A stretch of DNA of 32,000 nucleotides from Dickeya solani IPO 2222 (GTDB taxonomy: Bacteria > Pseudomonadota > Gammaproteobacteria > Enterobacterales > Enterobacteriaceae). The stretch covers positions 780,001 to 812,000 of the forward strand of contig NZ_CP015137.1 in assembly GCF_001644705.1 (NCBI RefSeq), written 5' to 3'. This document shows positions 10,325 through 18,528 of this stretch, in pieces. Made by a program: the position numbers and the translations under genes. The first letter of the stretch is position 1. Each line of letters begins with the position of its first letter. The notes under the pieces were generated by a model. It ran no database searches, was not told where the DNA came from, and saw only the letters and a list, made by a program, of their open reading frames with translations.

Positions 10325-10349
10325 TTTGTTATTCCCTGCCCGCTTTAAG

Positions 10350-10368
10350 AATAATGAGAGTCATTATC
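10350..10368. promoter_or_regulatory. Fur box upstream of the second binding-protein gene
   Basis: AATAATGAGAGTCATTATC matches GATAATGATAATCATTATC at 16/19, with the internal inverted repeat ATAATGA / TCATTAT. It lies 26-44 nt upstream of the 10324 start codon. Confidence 0.8.
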
Positions 10369-10571
10369 ATTCAATGTAAATAATAAAGTTACGGTTACAT
10401 TCGGGCAATCTTTTTTACATGAAAAGACAGGATATTTATCGATACGTGATGGTGATCGAAAGGCGGAAACACGGCCGCCTTGGGTTAAGGTATAAGGTTA
10501 ATCGTTCGGGCTACTGGATCGGGTTAACGAATGGGGTCAACGCCACCGGCTGAATTTACCGCGGGGCGCAC

Positions 10572-11612
10572 TCACCCCATCAATGGCCGGATCCCGCCCA
10601 TGACATCCGGTTGTGTGGTGAGATAAAGCACAATGCCGGCAAAGGTCAGCGCCATGCCACCCGCCAGCGACAACGCTGACCAGACAAGCGGTTGCCAGCG
10701 TGGAGAGGAAGAGGCGCCGGCACGGCTCAAACGTTCCAGTTGGCGGCGACAGAACAGCACCGCCACGCCCAGCAGCGACACGGTCAGCGCAGTCCCCAGC
10801 GCCATGGTCAGAGCCGAAATCACTCCCCAGACAAACACGTCCAGCACTTTAGCAAACAGCAACACCATTATTGCGCCGGAACACGGACGCAGCCCCATCG
10901 CCAGCACCACCATCAGACGGGTACGCCAGCCATCGCTGTGGTTGAGCGCCTCTGCCGCCGGTACGTGCTGATGGCCGCAACCGCAGTGTTCGTCGTGCTG
11001 ATGGTGTACGGCAGGCGCCAGCCGGATGCCAGACACGGACGCATCAAGCGGCGTTAACGAACGGATGCACGGTTTGGCGCGGGGAAACAGCAACGCCCGC
11101 AGGCGTCTGAATGCACGCAGGCACAGCCAGCCACCGAGCCCGGCTACCAGCACAAAGCTGCTTTTCTCCATCCAGAAACTGCCGATGTGCAAAGCCCGGC
11201 TGGAAAGCTGCAACACCGCCAGTACCAGCGTCACCAGTGCGATAGCCACCGTCCCTTGCAACAGGGCGGAGGCAAAAGTCAGTTGCAAGCTACTTTTCAG
11301 CCGCGACGGGTGGGTCGCCAGATAGGTGGCGATCACCACTTTGCCATGACCGGGGCCAACCGCATGCAGCACGCCATACACCAGGCTAAACATCACCAAC
11401 GTCCAACCGGCCTGATGGGGTTGCGCCCGCACCTGCTCCATCAAATCCGACATCTGCTGATGCAGCGACCTCTGCCATTCAATGCTTTGCATCAAAATCG
11501 ACGGCCACCAGACCATTGCCTGCCATGCGACTACGACCATCAGCAGTAAAAACAGCGCCAGCGGCCACCAGCGCAGAGAGTTTAGGGTCACGTGCGAACG
11601 ATTTACTGGCAT
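10572..11612 (-). CDS. NicO/RcnA-like (COG2215) metal-cation transporter membrane protein
   Basis: 346 aa polytopic membrane protein with HAVGPGHGK in an early TM segment and a GLRPCSGA motif in the second half. A His/Cys-rich loop VHHQHDEHCGCGHQH lies between the two halves. Its start overlaps the upstream gene's end by 10 nt. Confidence 0.75.
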   Translation of the reverse strand: MPVNRSHVTLNSLRWWPLALFLLLMVVVAWQAMVWWPSILMQSIEWQRSLHQQMSDLMEQVRAQPHQAGWTLVMFSLVYGVLHAVGPGHGKVVIATYLATHPSRLKSSLQLTFASALLQGTVAIALVTLVLAVLQLSSRALHIGSFWMEKSSFVLVAGLGGWLCLRAFRRLRALLFPRAKPCIRSLTPLDASVSGIRLAPAVHHQHDEHCGCGHQHVPAAEALNHSDGWRTRLMVVLAMGLRPCSGAIMVLLFAKVLDVFVWGVISALTMALGTALTVSLLGVAVLFCRRQLERLSRAGASSSPRWQPLVWSALSLAGGMALTFAGIVLYLTTQPDVMGGIRPLMG

Positions 11613-12265
11613 TGCAACGTGACCTGTTGAGCAAACTGTTTTCCCAACTCCACGTCTTTGGACGGTTTGGCGCTTTTGTCCAGCGACAGCGCATAGGACT
11701 GGAGCGACGTATCCGGCTTGGGCGTCATGAGCGTGGTTTTACAACGCGCGGCCAGCGCAGCGGTAATCTGAATCGCTTTATCGTCCTTATAGGACATATC
11801 CACGAAATAGGTGGGATCATAGGTGGAAATCAGCAGCGGCGCGCCCGTCAGCGGTTGCGGGTGGGCCAGCGGCAACACAAACTCCAGCACCGCTTTGTTA
11901 CCGGCGCGGGAAAGATGGTATTCCGTTGGCAACGGCTGGTATTTCACCGGTTTGCCATCCCGATAAATATCCGTGAAGTAGTGCTGCCCCAGCACATTCG
12001 CCATCACCTCGGCGGCCAGCTTTTTCCACACCTCCGAGTCTTTGTCGGCATTGCCGGCGTCGTACAGCAAATCGGCGGAAGTAATGGGATCCATAGTCCA
12101 GTTCATGCGCAATCCGGTTATCTGATCGTCTTTCCCTTCCACGGTGGTTTTCATATCGATAAAACTGTGCGGATGGGCCAGAGCCGGGCCGGATACCGCC
12201 ACCGTGGTCAACAGCAGGCAGCTTACCCAACGGAATGAAAAGCCTAAATTGTTATAATGTAACAT
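11603..12265 (-). CDS. DUF1007-family (COG3683) periplasmic protein, partner of the NicO-like transporter
   Basis: 220 aa. Signal peptide ...TTVAVSGPALA is followed by a mature N-terminus HPHSFIDM. An AGGA Shine-Dalgarno lies 6 nt upstream of the ATG, and an in-frame TAG two codons upstream rules out an upstream extension. Confidence 0.7.
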   Translation of the reverse strand: MLHYNNLGFSFRWVSCLLLTTVAVSGPALAHPHSFIDMKTTVEGKDDQITGLRMNWTMDPITSADLLYDAGNADKDSEVWKKLAAEVMANVLGQHYFTDIYRDGKPVKYQPLPTEYHLSRAGNKAVLEFVLPLAHPQPLTGAPLLISTYDPTYFVDMSYKDDKAIQITAALAARCKTTLMTPKPDTSLQSYALSLDKSAKPSKDVELGKQFAQQVTLQCQ

Positions 12266-12268
12266 TTT
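12246..12268. promoter_or_regulatory. Zur box (zinc uptake regulator operator)
   Basis: AAATTGTTATAATGTAACATTTT compares with the gammaproteobacterial Zur consensus GAAATGTTATAATATAACATTTC. The core TGTTATAATGTAACA differs at one position. The palindrome covers the ATG (12265-12263) of the DUF1007 gene. Confidence 0.8.
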
Positions 12269-12342
12269 CTATCCTGGCCGTTTTCGCTCATCACCATTCT
12301 CACCTATCATCGTTCTCACCTCTCACTGACATGCCGTCTTAC

Positions 12343-13491
12343 TCAGCGCGAGCGAGTACTCACCTGCGGGCGCAACATGAACGCCGGCAGCACCAGCAAT
12401 GCCATCACCCAGAAGGTTCCGCCCTGAAGGTACTCAAACAGAAAACCGGACACCACCGTCATCACGGCGACAGCGCCCCCGGTACCCAGCGCCGAATACG
12501 CCGCCTGCAAGCGCAGCACGTCCGCATCATTACGTGAGGAGATAAACCGCATGGCGGCCAGATGACAAACCGTAAAGGTACCGCAATGTAAAATCTGCAT
12601 CACGATAAGCCACGGCAACGATACCGTGGCCCCCATCAGGCTCCAGCGCACCACACCGCACAGCGCAGAGAGCATCAGCAACCCGGATGCGCTCCAGTGC
12701 CCAAACAGGCGCTTGCTCAGCGCAAAAATAACAATTTCCGCCACCACGCCCAGCGACCACAGATAGCCGATAACCGCGGCCGAGTACCCCGCCTGCTGCC
12801 AGTAAATCACACTAAAGCCGTAGTAAGCGGCATGAGCCCCCTGCAATAAGGACACACTCAGCAGAAAACGCCAGACCGGCGGTTCGCGCAGCAAAGCGAG
12901 CCACGGCGTGGCGGCCATCTGCGTCTGGTGACGTTTGACTGAGGTAGGCATCACATGAGGCCTCAGTGCCATGCCCAGCAGCATCGACAACAGTCCCGCC
13001 GCCAGCGTCGCCAGAATCGCCTGATGCCCCCAGACCGCCACCAGTTGCCCGGTGAGGGCGGAACCAATCACAAACGCGACCGAGCCCCACACCCGCACCC
13101 GGCCGTAATCCAGAGTGATTTGTTTTTGCCAGGTCGCGGCCAGCGCGTCCGTAAGCGGAATCAATGGCGCGAAGAACAGGTTGAAACCGACCATCACCAG
13201 CATCAGCCATAACCAGGCGCTGCCCAGCCAAAATCCGATGGATGTCAGCACCGACAACAACGCCAGCAGCCTCAGTACGGTAATCAGCCGGGCGGGATCT
13301 TTCACCAGCGGGGTAATGAACAGACTGCCGGCAAACCGTGCCACCAGCCCGGCGCCGAGCAGGATGCCGATCGCCTCGGCGGAGAGCCCTTCGCCCTTTA
13401 GCCAACCGCCCCAGAAAGGCAAAAAAATGCCATAGCTGAAGAAATAGGTAAAATAGCCGAGCGCCAGCCAGTACGTTGATTGCAGAACCAT
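12343..13491 (-). CDS. hcaT: MFS transporter of the HcaT (3-phenylpropionate transporter) family
   Basis: 382 aa. The N-terminus MVLQSTYWLALGYFTYFFSYGIFLPFWGGWLKGEGL is nearly identical in pattern to E. coli HcaT. It has about 12 hydrophobic segments. Confidence 0.8.
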   Translation of the reverse strand: MVLQSTYWLALGYFTYFFSYGIFLPFWGGWLKGEGLSAEAIGILLGAGLVARFAGSLFITPLVKDPARLITVLRLLALLSVLTSIGFWLGSAWLWLMLVMVGFNLFFAPLIPLTDALAATWQKQITLDYGRVRVWGSVAFVIGSALTGQLVAVWGHQAILATLAAGLLSMLLGMALRPHVMPTSVKRHQTQMAATPWLALLREPPVWRFLLSVSLLQGAHAAYYGFSVIYWQQAGYSAAVIGYLWSLGVVAEIVIFALSKRLFGHWSASGLLMLSALCGVVRWSLMGATVSLPWLIVMQILHCGTFTVCHLAAMRFISSRNDADVLRLQAAYSALGTGGAVAVMTVVSGFLFEYLQGGTFWVMALLVLPAFMLRPQVSTRSR

Positions 13492-13554
13492 GTTGCCCCT
13501 CCTCTACGGTCGGTTACTCTGTCAGAGAGCCGCAATGGACGCAACGGGAAGCGG

Positions 13555-13586
13555 AAAAACAAACGCCAGCCCGAAGGCTGGCGTTG
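13555..13586 (-). terminator. Rho-independent terminator of glyA
   Basis: Reverse strand reads AACGCCAGCC-ttcg-GGCTGGCGTT followed by TGTTTTT. A second hairpin, GCGTCCGA-ctggc-TCGGACGC (13593..13613), sits just upstream of it on the transcript. Confidence 0.85.
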
Positions 13587-13625
13587 GCGGCGCGTCCGAG
13601 CCAGTCGGACGCATCAGGCGAATTA

Positions 13626-14879
13626 TCAGGCGTAAACCGGGAAACGGGCGCAGATATCCAGCACTTTCTGTTTAACGCGCTCAATAACGGCTTCATCGTT
13701 GATGTTGTCCAGCACATCGCAGATCCAACCAGCCAGTTCACGCACTTCCGCTTCTTTGAAACCGCGACGGGTGGCCGCCGGCGTACCGATACGGATACCG
13801 GAGGTCACGAACGGGCTCTTCGGATCGTTCGGCACGCTGTTTTTGTTCACGGTGATGTTGGCGCGGCCCAGCGCAGCGTCAGCCTCTTTACCGGTCAGGT
13901 TTTTGCTGACCAGATCCAGCAGGAACAGGTGGTTCTCGGTACCGCCGGACACCACGTTGAACCCGCGGGACAGGAACACCTCGACCATTGCTTTGGCGTT
14001 TTTCGCGACCAGTTGCTGGTAAGTCTTGAACTCCGGCTCCATCGCTTCTTTCAGCGCAACGGCTTTACCGGCGATGACGTGCATCAGCGGGCCGCCCTGT
14101 CCGCCAGGGAACACGGCAGAGTTCAGTTTCTTGTACAGGTCTTCGTCGCCGCCTTTAGCCAGGATCAGGCCGCCACGCGGGCCCGCCAGGGTTTTATGGG
14201 TGGTGGTGGTTACGATGTGGGCGTGCGGAACCGGGTTCGGATAAACATCAGCGGCAACCAGACCAGCAACGTGCGCCATGTCGACAAACAGATAAGCGCC
14301 GATGCTGTCGGCGATTTCACGCATTTTCGCCCAGTCAACGATGCCGGAATACGCGGAGAAACCGCCCACGATCATTTTCGGCTTGTGCGTGCGGGCCAGC
14401 TCGGCCATTTCGTCGTAGTTGATCTTGCCGCTGTCATCAATGCCGTAAGGCACCACGTTATACAGTTTGCCGGACAGGTTGACCGGAGAACCGTGAGTCA
14501 GGTGGCCGCCGTGCGCCAGATTCATGCCCAGAATGGTATCGCCCGGCTGCAGCAGCGCGGTGTAAACAGCAAAGTTAGCCTGAGAGCCGGAGTGCGGTTG
14601 TACGTTGGCGTAGTCGGCGCCAAACAGTTCCTTGGCGCGATCGATCGCCAGTTGCTCAACCACATCAACGTATTCGCAACCGCCGTAATAGCGTTTGCCC
14701 GGATACCCTTCGGCGTATTTGTTGGTCAGCTGAGACCCCTGGGCCTGCATGACGCGTGGACTGGTATAGTTTTCTGACGCAATCAGTTCAATGTGCTCTT
14801 CCTGACGCACCACTTCTTGCTGCATTGCTTGCCATAGCTCGGCATCGTAATCGGCAATGTTCATTTCACGCTTTAACAT
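13626..14879 (-). CDS. glyA: Serine hydroxymethyltransferase
   Basis: Track ORF is 13626..14885. I place the start at [19 protein letters not shown], giving 417 aa as in E. coli GlyA. The PLP site [14 protein letters not shown] is present. Confidence 0.97.
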   Translation of the reverse strand: MLKREMNIADYDAELWQAMQQEVVRQEEHIELIASENYTSPRVMQAQGSQLTNKYAEGYPGKRYYGGCEYVDVVEQLAIDRAKELFGADYANVQPHSGSQANFAVYTALLQPGDTILGMNLAHGGHLTHGSPVNLSGKLYNVVPYGIDDSGKINYDEMAELARTHKPKMIVGGFSAYSGIVDWAKMREIADSIGAYLFVDMAHVAGLVAADVYPNPVPHAHIVTTTTHKTLAGPRGGLILAKGGDEDLYKKLNSAVFPGGQGGPLMHVIAGKAVALKEAMEPEFKTYQQLVAKNAKAMVEVFLSRGFNVVSGGTENHLFLLDLVSKNLTGKEADAALGRANITVNKNSVPNDPKSPFVTSGIRIGTPAATRRGFKEAEVRELAGWICDVLDNINDEAVIERVKQKVLDICARFPVYA

Positions 14880-14993
14880 CCGCATCTCCTGACTCAGCTA
14901 ACTTGCTTCTTTATTAAAAATCACCCAGAGGGCCGTGGGCACATAGTGTAAACCGTTTTGGACTGGCGATGATAGGGCTTGACAGAGGTTTTT

Positions 14994-15009
14994 ACGCAAA
15001 CGATTAGCT
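14994..15009. promoter_or_regulatory. Candidate PurR operator in the glyA control region
   Basis: ACGCAAACGATTAGCT compares with the PurR consensus ACGCAAACGTTTTCGT. The left half-site is perfect and the overall match is about 12/16. It lies about 115 bp upstream of the glyA start. Confidence 0.45.
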
Positions 15010-15170
15010 ACAGGCTACGCAAGGCTTTTCGTCTTTCCGGGATTAGCCATTCTGGCTGATTTTTTCTCATCCGCAACCTGCATTTTTTTCATACGCTGTC
15101 CACCCCACTTCGTTACCTCATCCCCACACCAGACCATCACTGGGGATTTACAGGCAGTGCCCTTTTCAAT

Positions 15171-15193
15171 AAGATGCATTTAAAATACAACTT
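15171..15193. promoter_or_regulatory. NsrR operator of hmp
   Basis: AAGATGCATTT-A-AAATACAACTT fits the 11-1-11 NsrR inverted repeat (AANATGCATTT n AAATGCATNTT). It lies 23-45 nt upstream of the hmp start, as at E. coli hmp. Confidence 0.75.
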
Positions 15194-15215
15194 AAAGACA
15201 ACAACGAGGTTCACC

Positions 15216-16406
15216 ATGCTGGATCAACACACCATCGCCACCATTAAATCCACCATTCCCCTGCTGGCCGAAACCGGTCCGGCGCTGACCGCTCACTTTT
15301 ATCAACGGATGTTCCACCATAATCCGGAACTAAAAGATATCTTCAATATGAGTAATCAGCGTAATGGCGATCAGCGTGAAGCGCTGTTCAATGCCATTTG
15401 CGCCTACGCGACGCATATCGAAAACCTGCCGGCGCTGTTGCCCGCGGTAGAACGCATCGCCCAAAAGCACGCCAGTTTCAATATCCAGCCGGAACAGTAT
15501 CAGATAGTGGGCACTCACCTGCTGGCAACGCTGGAAGAAATGTTCCAGCCCGGTCAGGCGGTGCTGGATGCCTGGGGCAAAGCTTACGGCGTGCTGGCGA
15601 ATGTGTTTATCCAGCGGGAAAGCGATATTTATCAGCAAAGCGCCGGACAAAACGGCGGCTGGCATGGCACCCGGCCGTTTCGCATCGTGGCGAAACAGCC
15701 CCAGAGCAGCCTGATCACCAGCTTCACGCTGGAACCGGTGGATGGCGGCCCGATCGCCGCATTCCGTCCCGGCCAGTATCTGGCGGTATACATCCGTGAT
15801 AAGCGCTTTGACTATCAGGAAATTCGTCAGTACTCACTAACAAATGAACCCAACGGGCGCGCTTACCGTATCGCAGTCAAACGGGAAGCGATGGGCTGCG
15901 TATCGGGCTACTTACATGATGTCGCCCGTGAAGGCGATGTCATTGAACTGGCAGCCCCGCACGGCGATTTCTATCTTGAGGTCGCGTCGGATACACCAGT
16001 GGCGCTGATTTCCGCCGGTGTTGGTCAAACGCCGATGCTCAGCATGTTGCACAACCTGAAGAATCTACAACATCAGGCGGATATCTTCTGGTTGCACGCA
16101 ACGGAAAACACAGAGGTACATGCTTTCGCCGATGAAATCGCCGACGTTGCCGCTACGCTGCCGCAGTTGCAATCCTATGTCTGGTACCGGGAAGCGCCGT
16201 CATCGGAAGCCACACGTTCCGCGCACGCTTTTCACGGCTTGATGGCGCTGAAAGATCTCCCGGTGCCACTGCCGGTGACAAACCTGCACTGTTATTTATG
16301 CGGCCCGGTCGCCTTTATGCAATTTGCCGCCCGACAACTGCTGGAATTGGGGATTACCGAATCGCAGATTCATTATGAATGTTTTGGTCCGCACAAGGTA
16401 ATATAA
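15216..16406 (+). CDS. hmp: Flavohemoprotein (NO dioxygenase) Hmp
   Basis: Track ORF starts at 15174. I place the start at [17 protein letters not shown], giving 396 aa as in E. coli Hmp. It has a globin domain followed by an FNR-like domain (RQYSL FAD-binding motif; GVGQTP NAD-binding motif). Confidence 0.96.
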   Translation: MLDQHTIATIKSTIPLLAETGPALTAHFYQRMFHHNPELKDIFNMSNQRNGDQREALFNAICAYATHIENLPALLPAVERIAQKHASFNIQPEQYQIVGTHLLATLEEMFQPGQAVLDAWGKAYGVLANVFIQRESDIYQQSAGQNGGWHGTRPFRIVAKQPQSSLITSFTLEPVDGGPIAAFRPGQYLAVYIRDKRFDYQEIRQYSLTNEPNGRAYRIAVKREAMGCVSGYLHDVAREGDVIELAAPHGDFYLEVASDTPVALISAGVGQTPMLSMLHNLKNLQHQADIFWLHATENTEVHAFADEIADVAATLPQLQSYVWYREAPSSEATRSAHAFHGLMALKDLPVPLPVTNLHCYLCGPVAFMQFAARQLLELGITESQIHYECFGPHKVI

Positions 16407-16435
16407 CCGATAAAAGTTATATTCATTTACACCAG

Positions 16436-16464
16436 CAGGCCGGTAATCCGGCCTGTTTTATTTT
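16436..16464 (+). terminator. Rho-independent terminator of hmp
   Basis: CAGGCCGG-taat-CCGGCCTG followed by TTTTATTTT. Confidence 0.88.
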
Positions 16465-16679
16465 CCATTTATTTCCCAAAAATAAATATCGGAACAGAAA
16501 TAACCTGACAGGTTAACCGTTACTGTTTCGCAATCGTTTCATTTATCACCGTGTCACGCTGACAAATAAAATCCAGCCGAAAAAAACACCGCTCCCTCCG
16601 CCCTTCTCGCCCTTTATTCCGAACGGAAAAATAATCAAGAAAAACTTTATAAATAAGAAATAAAAAACACAATGTTACA

Positions 16680-16696
16680 TTTAAAACACCGTTTCA
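16680..16696. promoter_or_regulatory. KdgR-box-like site upstream of pelA
   Basis: TTTAAAACACCGTTTCA fits the KdgR box pattern as I recall it (AATRAAAYRNYRTTTCA) at about 15/17. It is about 220 bp upstream of the start, so its functional role is uncertain. Confidence 0.4.
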
Positions 16697-16915
16697 TTAT
16701 GGTCATACATTGAAAAACAAACAAATAGATCATATTCATTGGCAGCCCTTAAGTGGCAGCATCGCCGATACTTTAGTATTGATAATAAAATATCATTAAT
16801 AGGTGATGAGGCGCATAACAGGCTGCGATTAGAGGGCAATAAATAAAAATAACCCATCGATATATATGGAAATTATTTTTAACAATCAACACTGGATTCT
16901 AGTAAGGAAAATACG

Positions 16916-18094
16916 ATGAATAAAGCATCAGGACGCTCTTTTACCCGCACCTCAAAATGTCTGCTGGCAGCACTGATCGCTGGCATGATGACCTCTGGTG
17001 TTTCCGCCGCCGAACTGGTTAATAGCAAAGCGCTGGAATCTGCGCCCGTCGCTGGCTGGGCGTCGCAAAACGGCTCCACCACCGGCGGCGCCGCTGCAAC
17101 CAGCGACAATATCTACGTCGTTACCAATATTAGCGAATTCACCAGTGCGCTCAGCGCCGGCGCCGTCGCAAAAATCATCCAGATCAAAGGCACGGTCGAT
17201 ATCAGCGGCGGCACGCCCTACAAAGATTTCGCTGACCAGAAAGCCCGCAGTCAAATCAACATTCCGGCTAACATCACCGTGATCGGAATTGGCACCGACG
17301 CCAAATTCATCAACGGCTCTTTGATCATCGACGGTACCGACGGCACCAATAACATCATCATCCGTAACGTCTACATCCAGACGCCGATTGACGTAGAACC
17401 GCATTACGAAAAAGGCGACGGCTGGAACGCCGAATGGGATGGCATGAACATCACCAACGGCGCCCACCATGTGTGGGTCGACCACGTCACTATCAGTGAC
17501 GGCAGCTTTACCGATGACATGTACACCACCAAAGACGGCGAAACTTACGTTCAGCACGATGGCGCGCTGGATATCAAACGTGGTTCCGACTACGTTACCA
17601 TCTCCAACAGCCTGTTCGATCAGCACGACAAGACCATGCTGATTGGTCACAGCGACACCAACTCCGCTCAGGATAAAGGCAAGCTGCACGTCACGCTGTT
17701 TAACAACGTGTTCAACAGCGTAACCGAGCGCGCGCCGCGCGTACGCTACGGCAGCGTCCACAGCTTCAACAACGTCTTCAAGGGTGATGTAAAAGATCCG
17801 GTGTACCGTTACCTGTACAGCTTCGGTATCGGCACCAGCGGCAGCGTGCTGTCTGAAGGCAACAGCTTTACCATCGCTAACCTGAGCGCCAGCAAAGCGT
17901 GCAAGGTTGTGAAGAAATTCAACGGCTCCATTTTCTCCGACAAGGGTTCCGTCCTGAATGGCAGCGCCGCCGATCTGTCCGGTTGTGGTTTCAGCGCTTA
18001 TACCAGCGCTATTCCTTACGTTTACGCCGTTCAGCCGATGACCACCGAGCTGGCGCAATCCATTACCGACAACGCAGGCTCAGGCAAACTGTAA
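16916..18094 (+). CDS. pelA: Pectate lyase PelA (polysaccharide lyase family 1)
   Basis: 392 aa. [34 protein letters not shown]...GWASQNG.TTGGAAA...[10 protein letters not shown]...RAPRVRYG... closely matches my memory of E. chrysanthemi PelA. An AAGGA Shine-Dalgarno lies upstream. Confidence 0.92.
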   Translation: MNKASGRSFTRTSKCLLAALIAGMMTSGVSAAELVNSKALESAPVAGWASQNGSTTGGAAATSDNIYVVTNISEFTSALSAGAVAKIIQIKGTVDISGGTPYKDFADQKARSQINIPANITVIGIGTDAKFINGSLIIDGTDGTNNIIIRNVYIQTPIDVEPHYEKGDGWNAEWDGMNITNGAHHVWVDHVTISDGSFTDDMYTTKDGETYVQHDGALDIKRGSDYVTISNSLFDQHDKTMLIGHSDTNSAQDKGKLHVTLFNNVFNSVTERAPRVRYGSVHSFNNVFKGDVKDPVYRYLYSFGIGTSGSVLSEGNSFTIANLSASKACKVVKKFNGSIFSDKGSVLNGSAADLSGCGFSAYTSAIPYVYAVQPMTTELAQSITDNAGSGKL

Positions 18095-18114
18095 TTTCCC
18101 ATTCTTTGTTCCCA

Positions 18115-18140
18115 ACGGCTGCCCACGGGCGGCCGTTTTT
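18115..18140 (+). terminator. Rho-independent terminator of pelA
   Basis: ACGGCTGCC-cacg-GGCGGCCGT (one G-U pair) followed by TTTTT. Confidence 0.8.
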
Positions 18141-18381
18141 ACGTCGTTCCCATCCCTTCATCTGCCTGACGCGTCCCTTTCTTCGTGCCAATGTCGTACT
18201 CATTCCTTGCTAACGCCGCCAGCCGAAATCAGCAGAACAGATTAACTATAATCATTCCATTTATTGAGATTAAAAAATTAATTTATTGATTTTAATGAAA
18301 AACAATAAAAAATTCACGTAACACAAACTTACAAATACAGTCAATAGGTTATTTTTTATTAATAAACATCATTATCACCAT

Positions 18382-18397
18382 CGTGACTCAGTTCACA
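18382..18397. promoter_or_regulatory. CRP (cAMP receptor protein) binding site upstream of pelE
   Basis: CGTGA-CTCAGT-TCACA matches TGTGA-N6-TCACA at 9/10 half-site positions. It lies about 130-150 bp upstream of the start codon. Confidence 0.55.
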
Positions 18398-18438
18398 AAA
18401 TAGACAGCCCAAACGCATAAACATTCGCCAAGACAAAA

Positions 18439-18455
18439 GATGAAATGGTATTTCG
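18439..18455. promoter_or_regulatory. KdgR box upstream of pelE
   Basis: GATGAAATGGTATTTCG fits AATRAAAYRNYRTTTCA at about 15/17. It lies about 75 bp upstream of the start codon and is homologous to the box upstream of pelD. Confidence 0.55.
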
Positions 18456-18528
18456 TTTTTAGACACACCTGTAACAAGTAGACACCATTGGATCGCTCAC
18501 TGAGCACACAAGGAAAAGGAAAATTGTC

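Noticed and set aside
10460-10481. Hairpin AAGGCGG...CCGCCTT downstream of the NicO-like gene as its terminator
   Set aside because: The stem is short and no clear T-tract follows it on the - strand. It is possible but not supportable.
13476-14777. 433-aa + strand ORF, longer than glyA itself
   Set aside because: It is antisense to glyA, which is near-identical to E. coli SHMT. The long open frame results from codon bias in a highly expressed GC-rich gene, and no function can be supported.
16952-18058. 368-aa - strand ORF opposite pelA, with similar ones opposite pelE, pelD and pemA (18742..19428, 20450..21268, 23369..24295)
   Set aside because: These are antisense shadows of clearly identified secreted enzymes. 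They recur only because the sense genes are paralogs.
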